From assembly GCF_006345805.1 (NCBI RefSeq), contig NC_043012.1, positions 49,414,001 through 49,478,000 of the forward strand: DNA of 64,000 bases. Reading direction: 5' to 3'. Source of the stretch: Octopus sinensis. Its lineage: Eukaryota. The notes beneath the pieces are model-generated. The model was not told the DNA's origin. It searched no databases and was given only the letters and a program-made list of their open reading frames with translations. Both the position numbers and the translations under genes were made by a program. This document shows, piece by piece, positions 41,894-53,700 of this stretch. The first letter of the stretch is position 1. Each line of letters starts with the position of its first letter.

Positions 41894-42080
41894 CGTATGT
41901 ATGTATGTATGTATGTATGTATGTATGTATGTATGAATGTATGTATGTATGTACGTATGTATGTATGTATGTATGTATGTATGTATGTATGTATGTATGT
42001 ATGTACGTATGTATGTATGTATGTATGAATGTATGCATTTATGACTGTATGAATGCAGGAATATCTGAATATCTCTTTCA

Positions 42081-42143
<63 letters not shown>

Positions 42144-42301
42144 ATATATATTATATACATATATATATATATAAATATATATTATATATATATAGAGATT
42201 ATAAATAGATATATATACAGACATACATACATACATACTACATACATACATACATACAGACAGACAGGCAGACAGACAGACAGGCATACAGACAGACAGA
42301 C

Positions 42302-42389
<88 letters not shown>

Positions 42390-43264
42390 GTAGATATAAA
42401 TATATTAATAAAAGCGTAATTCTGTCTGTCCCGTTGGGACTCCCATATCTCAGTCTAGATTTGCTCTACATAGACATTCCTTTTTGGAATCAGGAAGATC
42501 TCGGGATTGAAAATCTACCCTTCATTTGGTTCTTGAACATCAAGCATTGAGATCTAATTTAAAAGCATTTGGCTTATTATTTCTATCAGGTAAAGTGATC
42601 GTATGAGGTTTCAATGCTCTAGTACAAAAGTTACCTCCCTTAGCTTTAAGTTTTACTAAAGATTTAATGGTTCTTTTCTCTTTTTCATTCATGAGGCTGC
42701 CGCCATGCTGGGGCACCGTCTTGAACAATTTTAATTGAACAAATCGACACCGGTTCTGCCTTTTGCATGCCTGCTGCTTTCCTTATTGGATTCTTTTACA
42801 GAAGGGCTAAGTTACGTGAACGTAAACACAACATCAGTTATCAAGCGGTGGTGGGGAACAAACGCAGACACCGAACCATATATATACATGCACGAACGTG
42901 CACACACACACACACACATAATTATAGTCATCTCCAAAGTGACGGAAGGTACTTGTCCGTACCAGCATTGCTAGAAATAAGAGAGCACCTTTCTAGTGTT
43001 TGAGAAGTGAGACAAGATCCCTCCCTACGGCGAGCGAGGAGTCATATCGGCGCTGATTTCAGATTGGATTAATCTTCGTCATTGATACATTACTCCATCA
43101 CTGAGGGTTAAAGAACTCTGTAAATGCTTGCTGGCGACATTTTTGTATCCTCGAAAGGGTATTTACCCGATTTTCTAAGCTGACTTGAGTTCTAGAATTG
43201 ATTTATTTTGTGTGGACTACTAAGTCACTCGACGCTTATCATTTTGCTTACAATATGTGAATAT

Positions 43265-43712
43265 TTCTTAAAGGACGGTGAGCTGACAGGAACGTTAGCA
43301 CGCCAAGTGAAATACTTAGTGTTATATCGTCTGTCTTTACGTTCTGAGTTCAAATTCAGACGAGTTCGATTTTGCCTTTCATCTTTTCGGGGTCGATAAC
43401 TTAAGTACCAGTTGCGTCCTGGGGTTCGATCTAATCGACTGCTCCACCCCTCGTTAACAATTTCGGGCCTTGTGCATTCATAAGAAATGAATGCATGCAT
43501 ATATAATGGCGGCAAACTGACAGAAAGTTAGCAGCCGGGCAAAATGCTTAGCGTTATTTCGTCTGCCGTTACGTTCTGAGTTCAAATTCCGCCGAGGTCG
43601 ATTTTGCCTTTCATCTTTTCGGGGTTGATAAATTAAGTACCAGTTGCATATTGAGGTTGATGTAATCGACTGGCCCCCTCCCACAAAATTTCGAGCGCCT
43701 AGAGTAGAAATG
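43265..43712 (+). mobile_element. Two tandem SINE family D copies
   Basis: GACGGTGAGCTGACAGGAACGTTAGC.. and GGCGGCAAACTGACAGAAAGTTAGC.., each with a GTTCTGAGTTCAAATTC B-box. Confidence 0.85.
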
Positions 43713-43713
43713 A

Positions 43714-43796
<83 letters not shown>

Positions 43797-44070
43797 TATA
43801 CATATATATATACGTACATACATACATACATACATACTACATATATAATGTTATGTAACACATGCCAAAATATATGGTAGTGTATTACATGATATAGAAT
43901 AAATTGTGTTTGCCAACGTAAAGTGGCTGTCTTGATTAGGACGATGTTACTACCTTTTTTTTGCTAGGGGAAACATCTTTACCAGTTGGCTATCGACGCA
44001 AAACTGCGTCCTTATACTTGCATGTAAGTATATGTATACAGTTCTAAATTTAAGAGATGATGAAATATCT

Positions 44071-44221
44071 ACATTGTTTACATTATTTACATTTGACGGA
44101 TATTTATCCACCTCTTTTTTGTAAATACAACGTTTCGGCTGATACATCAGCCGAAGTGTTGTGTTAACAGCAAAGAAGATGAGAACAGATATCCGTCAAA
44201 TGTAAATAATGTAAATAATGT
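44071..44221. mobile_element. Inverted (fold-back) pair of PLE-type terminal-repeat fragments
   Basis: Centre TTCGGCTGAT-AC-ATCAGCCGAA; both arms match the 49262-49930 repeat (GATATCCGTCAAATGTAAATAATG). Confidence 0.75.
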
Positions 44222-44635
44222 ATATATAACTGTAACCTCCCAATCTTATAAACTCAAAGAATGTATTTAATTCGCTGTGTGAGCGTACGTGCGCCAAGCC
44301 ACGCATATGCCTATGCTCATGTCTACGTGTAAGTTTCACGAGCGAATGGACGTGCGCCTGACATCTTAATTAAAGGCGTTTATACATCCATACCTTCTAA
44401 CAGTTATATTCAATAAATTTTTGCTGTGTTGTGTATTTATTTTTTGTTATTTCTGATGTTATTGATCTTCTATAATAATGAAGCTGTGTCCCTTAATCTG
44501 CTGCTTTTGTATACACACACCGAGAAGAAAATATACGTTGTTTTAACGAGAAAGATCTTGAAGTCACCTGAAGCGACACATCTACACCGACGGATACTCC
44601 TGAACCAGTTGTTCAGTATCCCACCCATGAGGGAT

Positions 44636-44924
44636 TTTTTTTTGTTCCATCTCGAGCCATGCCTGGCTCATAAGGGTCGGTTTCCCGGTTTCTTGGTGTA
44701 TAGGTTCCCCACCTGGACGGGACGCCGGTCTGTCGCAGGTGAGCTGCAAGATGCAGGAGGAAAGAGTGAGAAGTCAGCAGAAGTTTCGCCATTACCTTCT
44801 GCCGGAGCCGCGTGGAGCTTAGGTGTTTCGCTCATAAACACAGACATCACACGGTCTGAGATTCGAACTTGCGATCCCTCGACCGCGAGTCCGCTGCTCT
44901 AACCACTAGGCCATGTGCCTCCAC
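44636..44924 (-). mobile_element. SINE family C with 11-bp TSD (1 mismatch)
   Basis: CCATGAGGGAT / CCATGAAGGAT flanks; homolog of 15356-15669. Confidence 0.9.
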
Positions 44925-45881
44925 CCATGAAGGATTGATGCTAGATGGGTCGAAATAATTGTATGGATCGATAAACATACTTGTATCTTTCAACTTCTGA
45001 CTCTCATTAATCAAACATATGTGTGTATGTGTGTGTGTGTGTATGTTTCTATGCATGTATGTATTATTGAAATTGTGAATAAGAGCAAAACCCAGTGGCA
45101 TGTAATAATTTCTTGGGATTTCATGTACAATACTTACGTCATTCACGAAAATGGAAACCATTCTTGTCTTGTATATTTTGACTTTGATTTGGTTATCTGA
45201 CCTTCTTGAGTCTTCTTCTTCTGATGAGTATTTAGGAAATGGTTTGATAATCTTCTAAATGTCAATTTTGATTATATAAAAAACAAAACAAAATTGTTTT
45301 CTAATCTCTATTATTTGTGCATTGATTTTGTTTTCGACAGAGCCACCTGTATTCCCACCGCGAGACAAATGACTACTCACAGAAACTTTAAAATTTTGCT
45401 TGCTTCTTGAACTTTGTTGATGTTTATATGAGGAAAACTGTAGAATGCTCTTTTATTTTGGTTCTGAATTTTCGATATTGACAAAATAAAATTCCGATTA
45501 GTCGAAAAGCCAAAAGAAGTAATTATGTTCTTTTAGTGGTGACCAACATTACTTAGAGGTGACTTTTTCGCAAAAATTTCGAACATCTTAACTGACAGAA
45601 ACAACGCAAATATTAGGTTTGAAACTGTTTATATTATGATTCTTCTAGAAGTTTTCTAAGAACTTGAAAAATAATTATAATGAGTAATGTTCTGCGAATT
45701 AATTCATTCGCGATCGATCTATTTCTGATAAACGCTAAATTCTAGTACACATACCTTCATGAATACATACGCACATACAAACTCTTATTTGTATGTAAGT
45801 TCATATTTACAGAAACATAGACCAACACATCCAATTAAATATGAACTTACATATACAGTCTTACAGATAAACGAAAAGACG

Positions 45882-45933
<52 letters not shown>

Positions 45934-47403
45934 CGCACACACACACGTGATGAAGCATACTCGTTCGCTCATAGTCATTGTACACATTTATTGTAATCTA
46001 CATGCACATACAAACACACAATCTTACATATGCACACACATGAACAAAGGTGTATATTTATATACACAACACATTACTAAACAGGAAATCAAATAAACCC
46101 GCATAGTTCCACATACACATTCCATACGCACGAACATTTACACATACATAACTACACACATACACACACATTCTCATAGCTACACTCATAAGTCCATACA
46201 TGCACATACGCTCAGAATTAGACTGAAAAAAAGGAGCTTTTGTATAGCTGCGGGATATGTGAGAAAAAACAGGTAAATTCACTTCAACAACGTTTTACCT
46301 TCATTTATATAGATTAACGAGATCTGAGGATTTAGTCCGTGATATAGGAAAAGCGTTTTTGTATGTGGTTGGAACATTTTGCATCTGACATAAGTTGAGA
46401 AAGAAATAGATTGGTTTTAAGCAAGAGTCGACTACGAGAGAAAGAGGTGGGAAGAGAGAAGAGAGGGAGAGAGAAAGGAGGGAGAAAGAGAAAGAAAGAG
46501 GGAGAGAGAGGAAGAGAGAGGAAGAGGAGAGAGATAGGCACGCAGAAAGAAACAGAGAGAGAGAGAGGGAGGGACAGAGAAACAGAGTGTGCATGTGCGC
46601 GAGAGTCATACATGCGCAGGCTCCAAGAATCAAGAAGATACAAGAACACTAACAGCACTGATGAAGGATGCAAATCCACAGAAGGAAATAAATTCAAAAA
46701 GCCGAACATGGAAGAACCTCTATCCTATAAAGATTCTGATTATCAAGAGATTCATTGGATCATGGCACCGAATGCCGTACAGTGTTTATTTCAGTGCTTT
46801 GCGTTCTCTGTTCAGTTCTTATCGTGGCCTATTTATGCGTTTTAATTAAGCTGACAATCGGTTTAGCACTAGCACCTGGTCCTCTGATGCCTTTTGTGGC
46901 GTTCATTTCGTTGCAAGCATTCGGCCGACTTTTGCAGTTTGAAGAGAGTTCCTCACTTCAATCTCGGATTCCTCTATACCAAATAAATGATTAAATAAAT
47001 AAAAAAAAATAAAGCCATTTTAAATAAGATCATCTTATTTAAAATTTTGTAAAGATTGAATTCACACTTTTTAAAACTCAGCTCTGTAAATACATTGTGT
47101 TATGTAGCGATGTTCATACATTGGAAGAATTTAAATATGCCGGAAGATAGAGAGTAAGGAGAACAATAATAAGAGAATAATATTTTACGGGAAGACGGAG
47201 AATTCCAAACAAGTAGAGATGATATAAATACATTTGATTCTATAGAAATATGAAAAGAATCTGCAGAACATTGTATTCAGTTGTTTCCATATATATTGCA
47301 GGTGAATATCTGAGCAAGATTCACAGCCGGGGGAGGAAGAAAACAATCGCTCAACTTAAAATCTTTTGAGGAGAAATCCAAGCAAAAAAGTCTAATACAC
47401 ATC

Positions 47404-47434
<31 letters not shown>

Positions 47435-47479
47435 CATACATACATACATACATGCATACATACATATATGCATATATAA

Positions 47480-47526
<47 letters not shown>

Positions 47527-48799
47527 TTTATGTAGGTATATATATATATATATACACACATATATTTATGTAGGTGTATAGATATATATATATATATATA
47601 TACGTATATACACATATATATGCAGGAATATATATATATACATATACATATACGTATACATACGCATACTTATATACACACGCACATGTGTGTGCGTGCA
47701 CGGGCTTATACACACACACACACACACACAAATAAATGTACACAGATGCAAAAACGCACATACACATATACACACGCGCGTGCAAAGAGATTTCAAATAG
47801 AAACACAAGGATATACATATCACAAACGTAATACTCAAACGGGTACACGCGTATATTTGTGTGTGTTTATTTATTCTCACATTTTAATTCCGAATGGATT
47901 TTGACTGGCCACCTGCTTGGTTGCAAGGTTGTGAAGGAAAGTAACTTATTTTGTTAATCATCCGTTAAATCTTTAAAAATAATGTCTTGCAGATTTTTAT
48001 TGTCTCGGGTATCGCGATCATTTGTAGTGTATGATTTAAAGATTTTCATTCTCTCCCCAGGAACTCTAGTTTAGTCATGCTTTGCTGCAGACGCGCTGGT
48101 ATCTATCGCGGTGCTTCCGTAATAATAGGTACGAAAATGAAAGCGTATCTTTGATCCTGAATTTCCAAACTGCTTATCAACGGTTCATAGATATCCTCTT
48201 TCTATCGTGTTTTTAAAACTGTATTGGTGTCCAGAGAGAGAAAGAGTGAGTGAGTGAAGGTGTGTGTTGTGATGCATGAATATTTTGCATATATGTGTAA
48301 GTGGCACTCTCTCTCTCCCTCCATCACACGCATTTTCTTTCATATACAGGTACATAGCGGAGGTAAGGAATATGCACACCACCCGTCTTTGGCGTAACCC
48401 TAACTCTAACCCTAAACACCGGGAGTACGTATTCTTTACCTCAGCCCATAAATACATATGCACACAACATTTTGTGCGTGAGAGAGAGAGAGAGATAGAG
48501 AGTGAGTTTGCATGCGCGTGCGTGTGACTTCATTTCCTTACAACATAGAAAAATGGATGCAATTTTTTGGCTTATTTTAACACAATATTTATGTGTACAT
48601 TTTCATGTATATTTGTTCTAGTGGAATTCTACGCATCAGTGAAACATTGGACGGAAGTGAAACACCGGAAGGAAATGGAAATATTGTCCGAATATGAACT
48701 GAAAATTGTGCGACCCAACCTAGTTGCCAAGGTTATTTTAGTTGTAAAAAAAGAATTGCTGAGTCAAAAACATAGTTTATTTGGTAGATAGATAATAAG

Positions 48800-49230
48800 C
48801 AGCTTTCTTTATTATGATACAGATGCGACTAATTTGGAGAAACATTACTTTCATTATTCACACATCGCCACTCCCGAAATGCAACACTTTGTAATTTTGG
48901 TTCAAATTGGAAGTCAAACTATCTTCATTTTCTAATGAAACCTGGTCGTTGTAGAGAAGTGTATTTGGAATAACTATAGCTGATTGTTGAGATAAATAAA
49001 GTTCATTTGACATGTGTAATCAATTTGATTGTTTTGTTCTTAACATCATTTGGTAAGAATAGATGTCGTTTGACGACACCTTTTTGTTTGTAATTGGCTA
49101 TCCTGTTGCAGGTTCAATCCGTGGAACATTGAAACGACACCCATTTTGTCTATTAAAAGGTTGTTATCTCGAATATGAATGAGAATATCATGATTTTCAT
49201 GGGGATCACCAACAATAAGGATGGCAACTT
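48800..49230 (-). mobile_element. Helitron Rep N-terminal fragment
   Basis: SNEVAILIVGDPHENHDILIHIRDN and PATG*PITNKKVSSNDIYSYQMMLR match Helitron_like_N motifs. Confidence 0.7.
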
Positions 49231-49318
49231 CATTAGACACAACAACAACAACAACAATAATAACAATAACATCGAAATATACCTTAGGAATAAGAACACA
49301 AGTTCGAAATTACCCCAA

Positions 49319-49364
49319 GACACCTGAAGAAGGCTGGAGAATATATTAGCCGAAACGTTGTGTT
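49319..49364 (+). ncRNA. Minimal type I hammerhead ribozyme (extra nt after A9, palindromic ACGU stem III) in a PLE-type terminal repeat
   Basis: GACAC-CTGAAGA-A-GGCTG-loop-TAGCC-GAAA-CG-TT-GTGTT: stems I and II pair; predicted cleavage after 49359. Confidence 0.7.
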
Positions 49365-49831
49365 AGTTAGTTAATTAGTTAGTTAGTTAATTTGGCTCAA
49401 AAGCAAATAGCAAGGCCATGTAGGGGGACATGGAGTTAAGTACAGGGTGGTGTTCACGTAAAGAGTTCAGGCCACTTGAGGTCCAGGGAGGCTTTGAACA
49501 AAGCGGTCGTCGGCATCTTCACCATCTCGTCTGGCAGCTTGTTCCACGGATCCGCAACCCGGACGGAGAAAGCTCCTCTCCTTCGATTGAGATGAAATCG
49601 TCGCAGGTAGAGCTTTTCGGAATGACTCCGCAGCCGACGCTCCGGAGCAGGAGTGAAGAACAGCTCTTTCGAGAGGTTACACTTCCCGCTTATGATGTTG
49701 TGGGCGAGAATGAGATCACCACGGCGGCGGCGTTTTTCAAGAGAATAAAGGTCGAGCGTCCTCAGCCTTTCTTCGTAGGACAAATTTTTGAGACCATGAA
49801 CCATGCGGGTAGCCAGCCTCTGGACTCTTTC
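49365..49831 (-). mobile_element. 5'-truncated CR1-like LINE 3' end with (TAAC)n tail
   Basis: ERVQRLATRMVHGLKNLSYEERLRTLDLYSLEKRRRRGDLI..FSVRVADPWNKLP, uninterrupted; TTAG repeats at 49365-49390. Confidence 0.9.
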
Positions 49832-50169
49832 GGAATTAATAATATAGAAATTAATAATAAACAAGACGAGAACAAATATCCGTCGAATGTAAATAATGTA
49901 AATAATTTAAATAATGTAAAGAATGTACAAGAGAGTATTGTTCTTAAGCCGAAATTGTTACTAATGTAAAAACAAATGGAATAGTGAAACTATTGTTTGG
50001 TTTGGTGAAAAGGCAACATTTTGGACTTACGACACTTTAGCATAATATCAACGACATATATATATATATATATAATATATATATGTAGGTCCCGGGTTGA
50101 TTCGGGGTTAACCACAGTAAATAAGGTACTCAATACATAGCAGAGTAAAATTATTTATTATATAGAAGG

Positions 50170-50220
50170 AGCTTCTACAGGACTAGAACTGTTTCATTCA
50201 AGAGAAATCTTCAGGAAGCT
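50170..50220 (-). ncRNA. Type I hammerhead variant (U.U at base of stem II) within the 50156-50280 palindrome
   Basis: Minus strand: AGCUUC-CUGAAGA-UUUC-UCUU-GAAU-GAA-ACAG-UUCUAGUC-CUGU-A-GAAGCU; 6-bp stem I, 4-bp stem III, GUA site. Confidence 0.6.
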
Positions 50221-50327
50221 TCCTGAGATTTCTCTTGAATGAAACAGTTCTAGTCCTGTAGAAGCTCCTTCTATATAATATATATATATATAATATATAT
50301 ATATACATACATACATATATATATATA

Positions 50328-50376
<49 letters not shown>

Positions 50377-50822
50377 TGTGTGTGTGTGCGTGTGTGTGTG
50401 TATGTATGTATGTATGTATGTATGTATGTATGTATGTATATATCAGGCCTGTGCCGTGAGTTATTTCTCGGGGCAGGCAGTTGGTGATTTTTATGTAGTA
50501 AAAAACAAAATTATAAGCGAAATACAGTCGCGCGACTGAGTTGAAGGCCTGTAAAATAACGGTGTTGTAGGAGTGTGCAGCACGCGTACTACAGCACTAC
50601 TATGCGTAGGTCAAATACTGAGGTTGAAAAGCAGGGGCGAATTATGCCAACCTAGCCTACAAAAAAGAAATAAAACATTTTGGATTTTATGCATAGTAAT
50701 CAGAGTAGCCTTCAGAAATTTTTGAATTAGGTGCATATTTTCCCATAAAAGGAAAATGCTCTCATCGATATATTTTACTCAAGGTAGGCACTATCTACCC
50801 TGCCTACATAGGCGGTACGTCC

Positions 50823-50853
<31 letters not shown>

Positions 50854-50857
<4 letters not shown>

Positions 50858-51610
50858 CGAACTCTTTAAAAAAAATTCTGTTGACCAGCTTTCCTCGATT
50901 TCAGCTCTACGTGTTTTCTGTAGCGAGTAAATAATATGTGGAAATTGCCGATTTAATAGTCTGTTATCACCATATTGGCATAGAAATAATTTTCTTTAGC
51001 CCTTGTTTATAAGTTGTTTATAATTTTAACCTTAAAGGTATTTTAATATGCTGCCACATTTTCTGATGAAATTTTTTCTGTAAAAATGCTTCATCCTATA
51101 TTAGTAGTAGACTTATTACTATTCGCTATAAGGACTATAAACTGTAGTGGAGAACAGTTCACACGTGTGCTGAGGCTGACCAAAGGATTTTATATTTAGA
51201 TATATCTGGGGTACTTATATGTACTCACGATTTTTGCTTCGGCTTTTTTCCATGGGCACTTGTAAGTTTTTCATTTATGTCTTTCCGTTTTTTCTACTGA
51301 AGAGGAAAAATCTATTATGAGATTAAATCCGAAATTGATTCAATATAGAAATAACGAACTATTTAAAAAAAATTTTGTTGACTAGCTTTCCTCGATTTCA
51401 GCTCTACGTTTTTTCTGTAGCAAGTAAATAATATGTGGAAATTGCCGATTTAAAAGTCTGTTATCAGCATATTGGCATAGAAATAATTTTCTTTAGCCCT
51501 TGTTTATAAGTAGCTTATAATTTTAACCTTAAAGGTATTTTAATATGCTGCCACATTTTCTGATGAATTTCTTTTCTGTAAAAAAGCTTCGTCCTATATT
51601 AGTAGTAGAC
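50854..51610 (+). mobile_element. Retrozyme-like element: ~1.5 tandem copies of a ~497-bp non-coding unit carrying a hammerhead
   Basis: 50854-51112 and 51351-51610 are ~95% identical (period 497-498); flanked by (TA)n/(CA)n; no recognisable ORF. Confidence 0.75.
51288..51354 (+). ncRNA. Canonical type I hammerhead ribozyme
   Basis: Stem I TTTTTTCTA/TAGAAATAA (8/9); core CTGAAGA; stem II GGA/TCC plus AATCT/AGATT; GAA; stem III ATTG-ATT-CAAT; cleavage triplet ATA after 51345. Confidence 0.85.
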
Positions 51611-51689
51611 ATACACACACACATATATATATTATATATATATATATATTATATATATATATTATATATATATATTATATATATATATA

Positions 51690-51966
51690 TAAAATACAAA
51701 ATGGGACAAGAACGCAAAACATCCAGACAGTTAGGTAATACAAGAAAGGGAGAACAAAATATTCAGATTGATGATACAAAGAAAACAAGGACAGGTCATT
51801 CGGAGTTTTCTTTCCTCAGTCGAGTTCCAGATTATTTTTGCAATTTTGGTTGGTTATACTCGAGATTGCTCCAATCTGGCGAGCCCCATGAAAAGAACTA
51901 AGCTAAGAGCATTAGACTCCTTGAAAGAAAGCAGCGAATGTATACGAAAACAAGGACGGACAAGAA

Positions 51967-51970
<4 letters not shown>
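51690..51970 (-). mobile_element. Short microsatellite-embedded repeat, probably a PLE terminal-repeat remnant
   Basis: Internal direct repeats GAAAACAAGGAC and GGACAAGAACGCA; degenerate CTGAGGA..CTCCGAA motif on the minus strand. Confidence 0.4.
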
Positions 51971-52047
<77 letters not shown>

Positions 52048-52246
52048 TGTGTGTGTGTGTGTGCGTGTGTGTATGTATATAAAATATTATTTATTATTAT
52101 TTATAAATATTCTTACATTTACTTTTTACTTCAAGCAACATGAGCCAAAATCTGTGACCCTTTTGGGATATCGAATTTTGTGTAAATGGTTCCTATTTCA
52201 CACTCACTTTCTTTCTGGAAGTCTGTATTAGTTTGAGTGGTGTGTT

Positions 52247-52279
<33 letters not shown>

Positions 52280-52789
52280 GTGTGTGTGTGTGTGTGTCTG
52301 TGTGTGTGTGTGTGTGAGTTTGTGAGTGTTTTTACGCGTGTGTGTAAAATGATCATTAACACACATTCGAATTCATCGTTGTTTTGTACATCCAGTTCAC
52401 TCAAATCTGATCATTCAAATCTGTGATTAACGACATTTCTGTTCTCACCACCCAGGATGCCGCAAGAAAAAAAGAGTCACTGAAGTTTCTCATCTTTGAT
52501 AAGTGATGTGTTTACTGATTTGTATAAATCCTTAACTTGTGTTACATACTAATTGATTTGCTTCCTACCGTGGGGCAAAGAGAGAGAGAGAGAGAGAGAG
52601 GAGGTAGAGAGAAAGAAAGAGGTAGTGAGAGAGAAGCGAGAGATGCTGTCGTAAGAGTCTACTGTGCAAAATGACTCGTCCTTAATATATTAATCTCCTA
52701 GGTATGAACTTTGATTGTAGAATTTGACAGGATTTGGATTCGGCTCACTTCATCACGAATATATTTATAGAGAATATATTGAATTCAGA

Positions 52790-53700
52790 TTTTGGCACAA
52801 GGCCAATAAAGTTTTGAGAAGAGTTAGGTCGATTACAGCTAAATCCAGTGCTCAACTGGTACCAATTTTATCAACTCTGGAAAGATGAGAGGTAAAGTCG
52901 ATCTCAGCGGAATTTGAACTCGGAATGTAATGACGAAGCGGAATGCCGCTACGCATTTTCCCCGATGGGCTAATGATTCTACCAGCATGCAGACTTAACT
53001 ATAGTAAGTATATCGGCACATCGTTCAGAGCCTTATTTCGTCTAAAAGTTTCCCAGGTTCGTTTTGAAGCAAAAAAAAAAAAAAAATTCATACGGCATAA
53101 GAGTGGCTGTGTGGTAAGTAGCTTCCTTACGAACCACATGGTTCCGGGTTCAGTCCCACTACGTAGCGCCTTGGGCAAGTGTCTTCGTCTATAGCCTCGG
53201 GCTAACCAAAGCCTTGTGAGTGGATTTGGTAGACGGAAACTGAAAGAAGCCCGTCGTATATATGTATGTGCGTGTGTATATGTTTGTGTGTCTGTGTTTG
53301 TCCCCCCAACATCACTTGACAACTGATGCTGGTGTCTTTACGTCCCCGTAACTTAGCGGTTCGGCAAAAGAGATCGATAGAATGAGTACTAGGCTTACAA
53401 AGAATAAGTCTTGGGGTCGATTTGCTCGACTAAATGCGGTGCTCCAGCATGGCCGCAGTCAAATGACTGAAACAAATAAAGAGTAAAAGAGAGTAGAGAG
53501 TATAACCTCATTGGAACAAGTTTAACGAAGGAGTAGTCAATTGTTGTTAGTTTTATTTTTTGAGTGCCCCATCATTTTATCAACTCCAGAAGGTAAGTTT
53601 AACCTCAACGTGGTTTGAAATGAGAATATAAGAAAACATGATTAAATGCAGCAGACCTTTTTATTTTTCCCCGCCCTATTAATCCTGCTAATCTACTACC
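52790..53700. mobile_element. SINE cluster: D (-, ~52790-52985), A (+, ~53098-53490), degenerate D (-, ~53505-53700)
   Basis: Family-diagnostic heads and bodies as above. Confidence 0.8.

Noticed and set aside
45180-45480. piggyBac-like acidic N-terminus (DLLESSSSDEY)
   Set aside because: No TTAA/TIR or catalytic motifs identified
48395-48420. TAACCCTAACTCTAACCCTAA telomere-like repeat
   Set aside because: Only about 3.5 units, too short to call an interstitial telomere, and such motifs are common in small TEs
48061-48730. Two candidate exons (48061-48128 and 48622-~48730) that splice in frame
   Set aside because: The second reads YASVKHW..RP, more like a decayed mariner HTH, and the joined peptide has no recognisable homolog
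50444-50824. Possible hAT MITE
   Set aside because: Terminal inverted match is weak and there is no TSD
51055-51095. CTGATGA with an A/T stem inside the retrozyme-like unit (also ~51560)
   Set aside because: No GAAA after the stem, and no minus-strand hammerhead found in the unit
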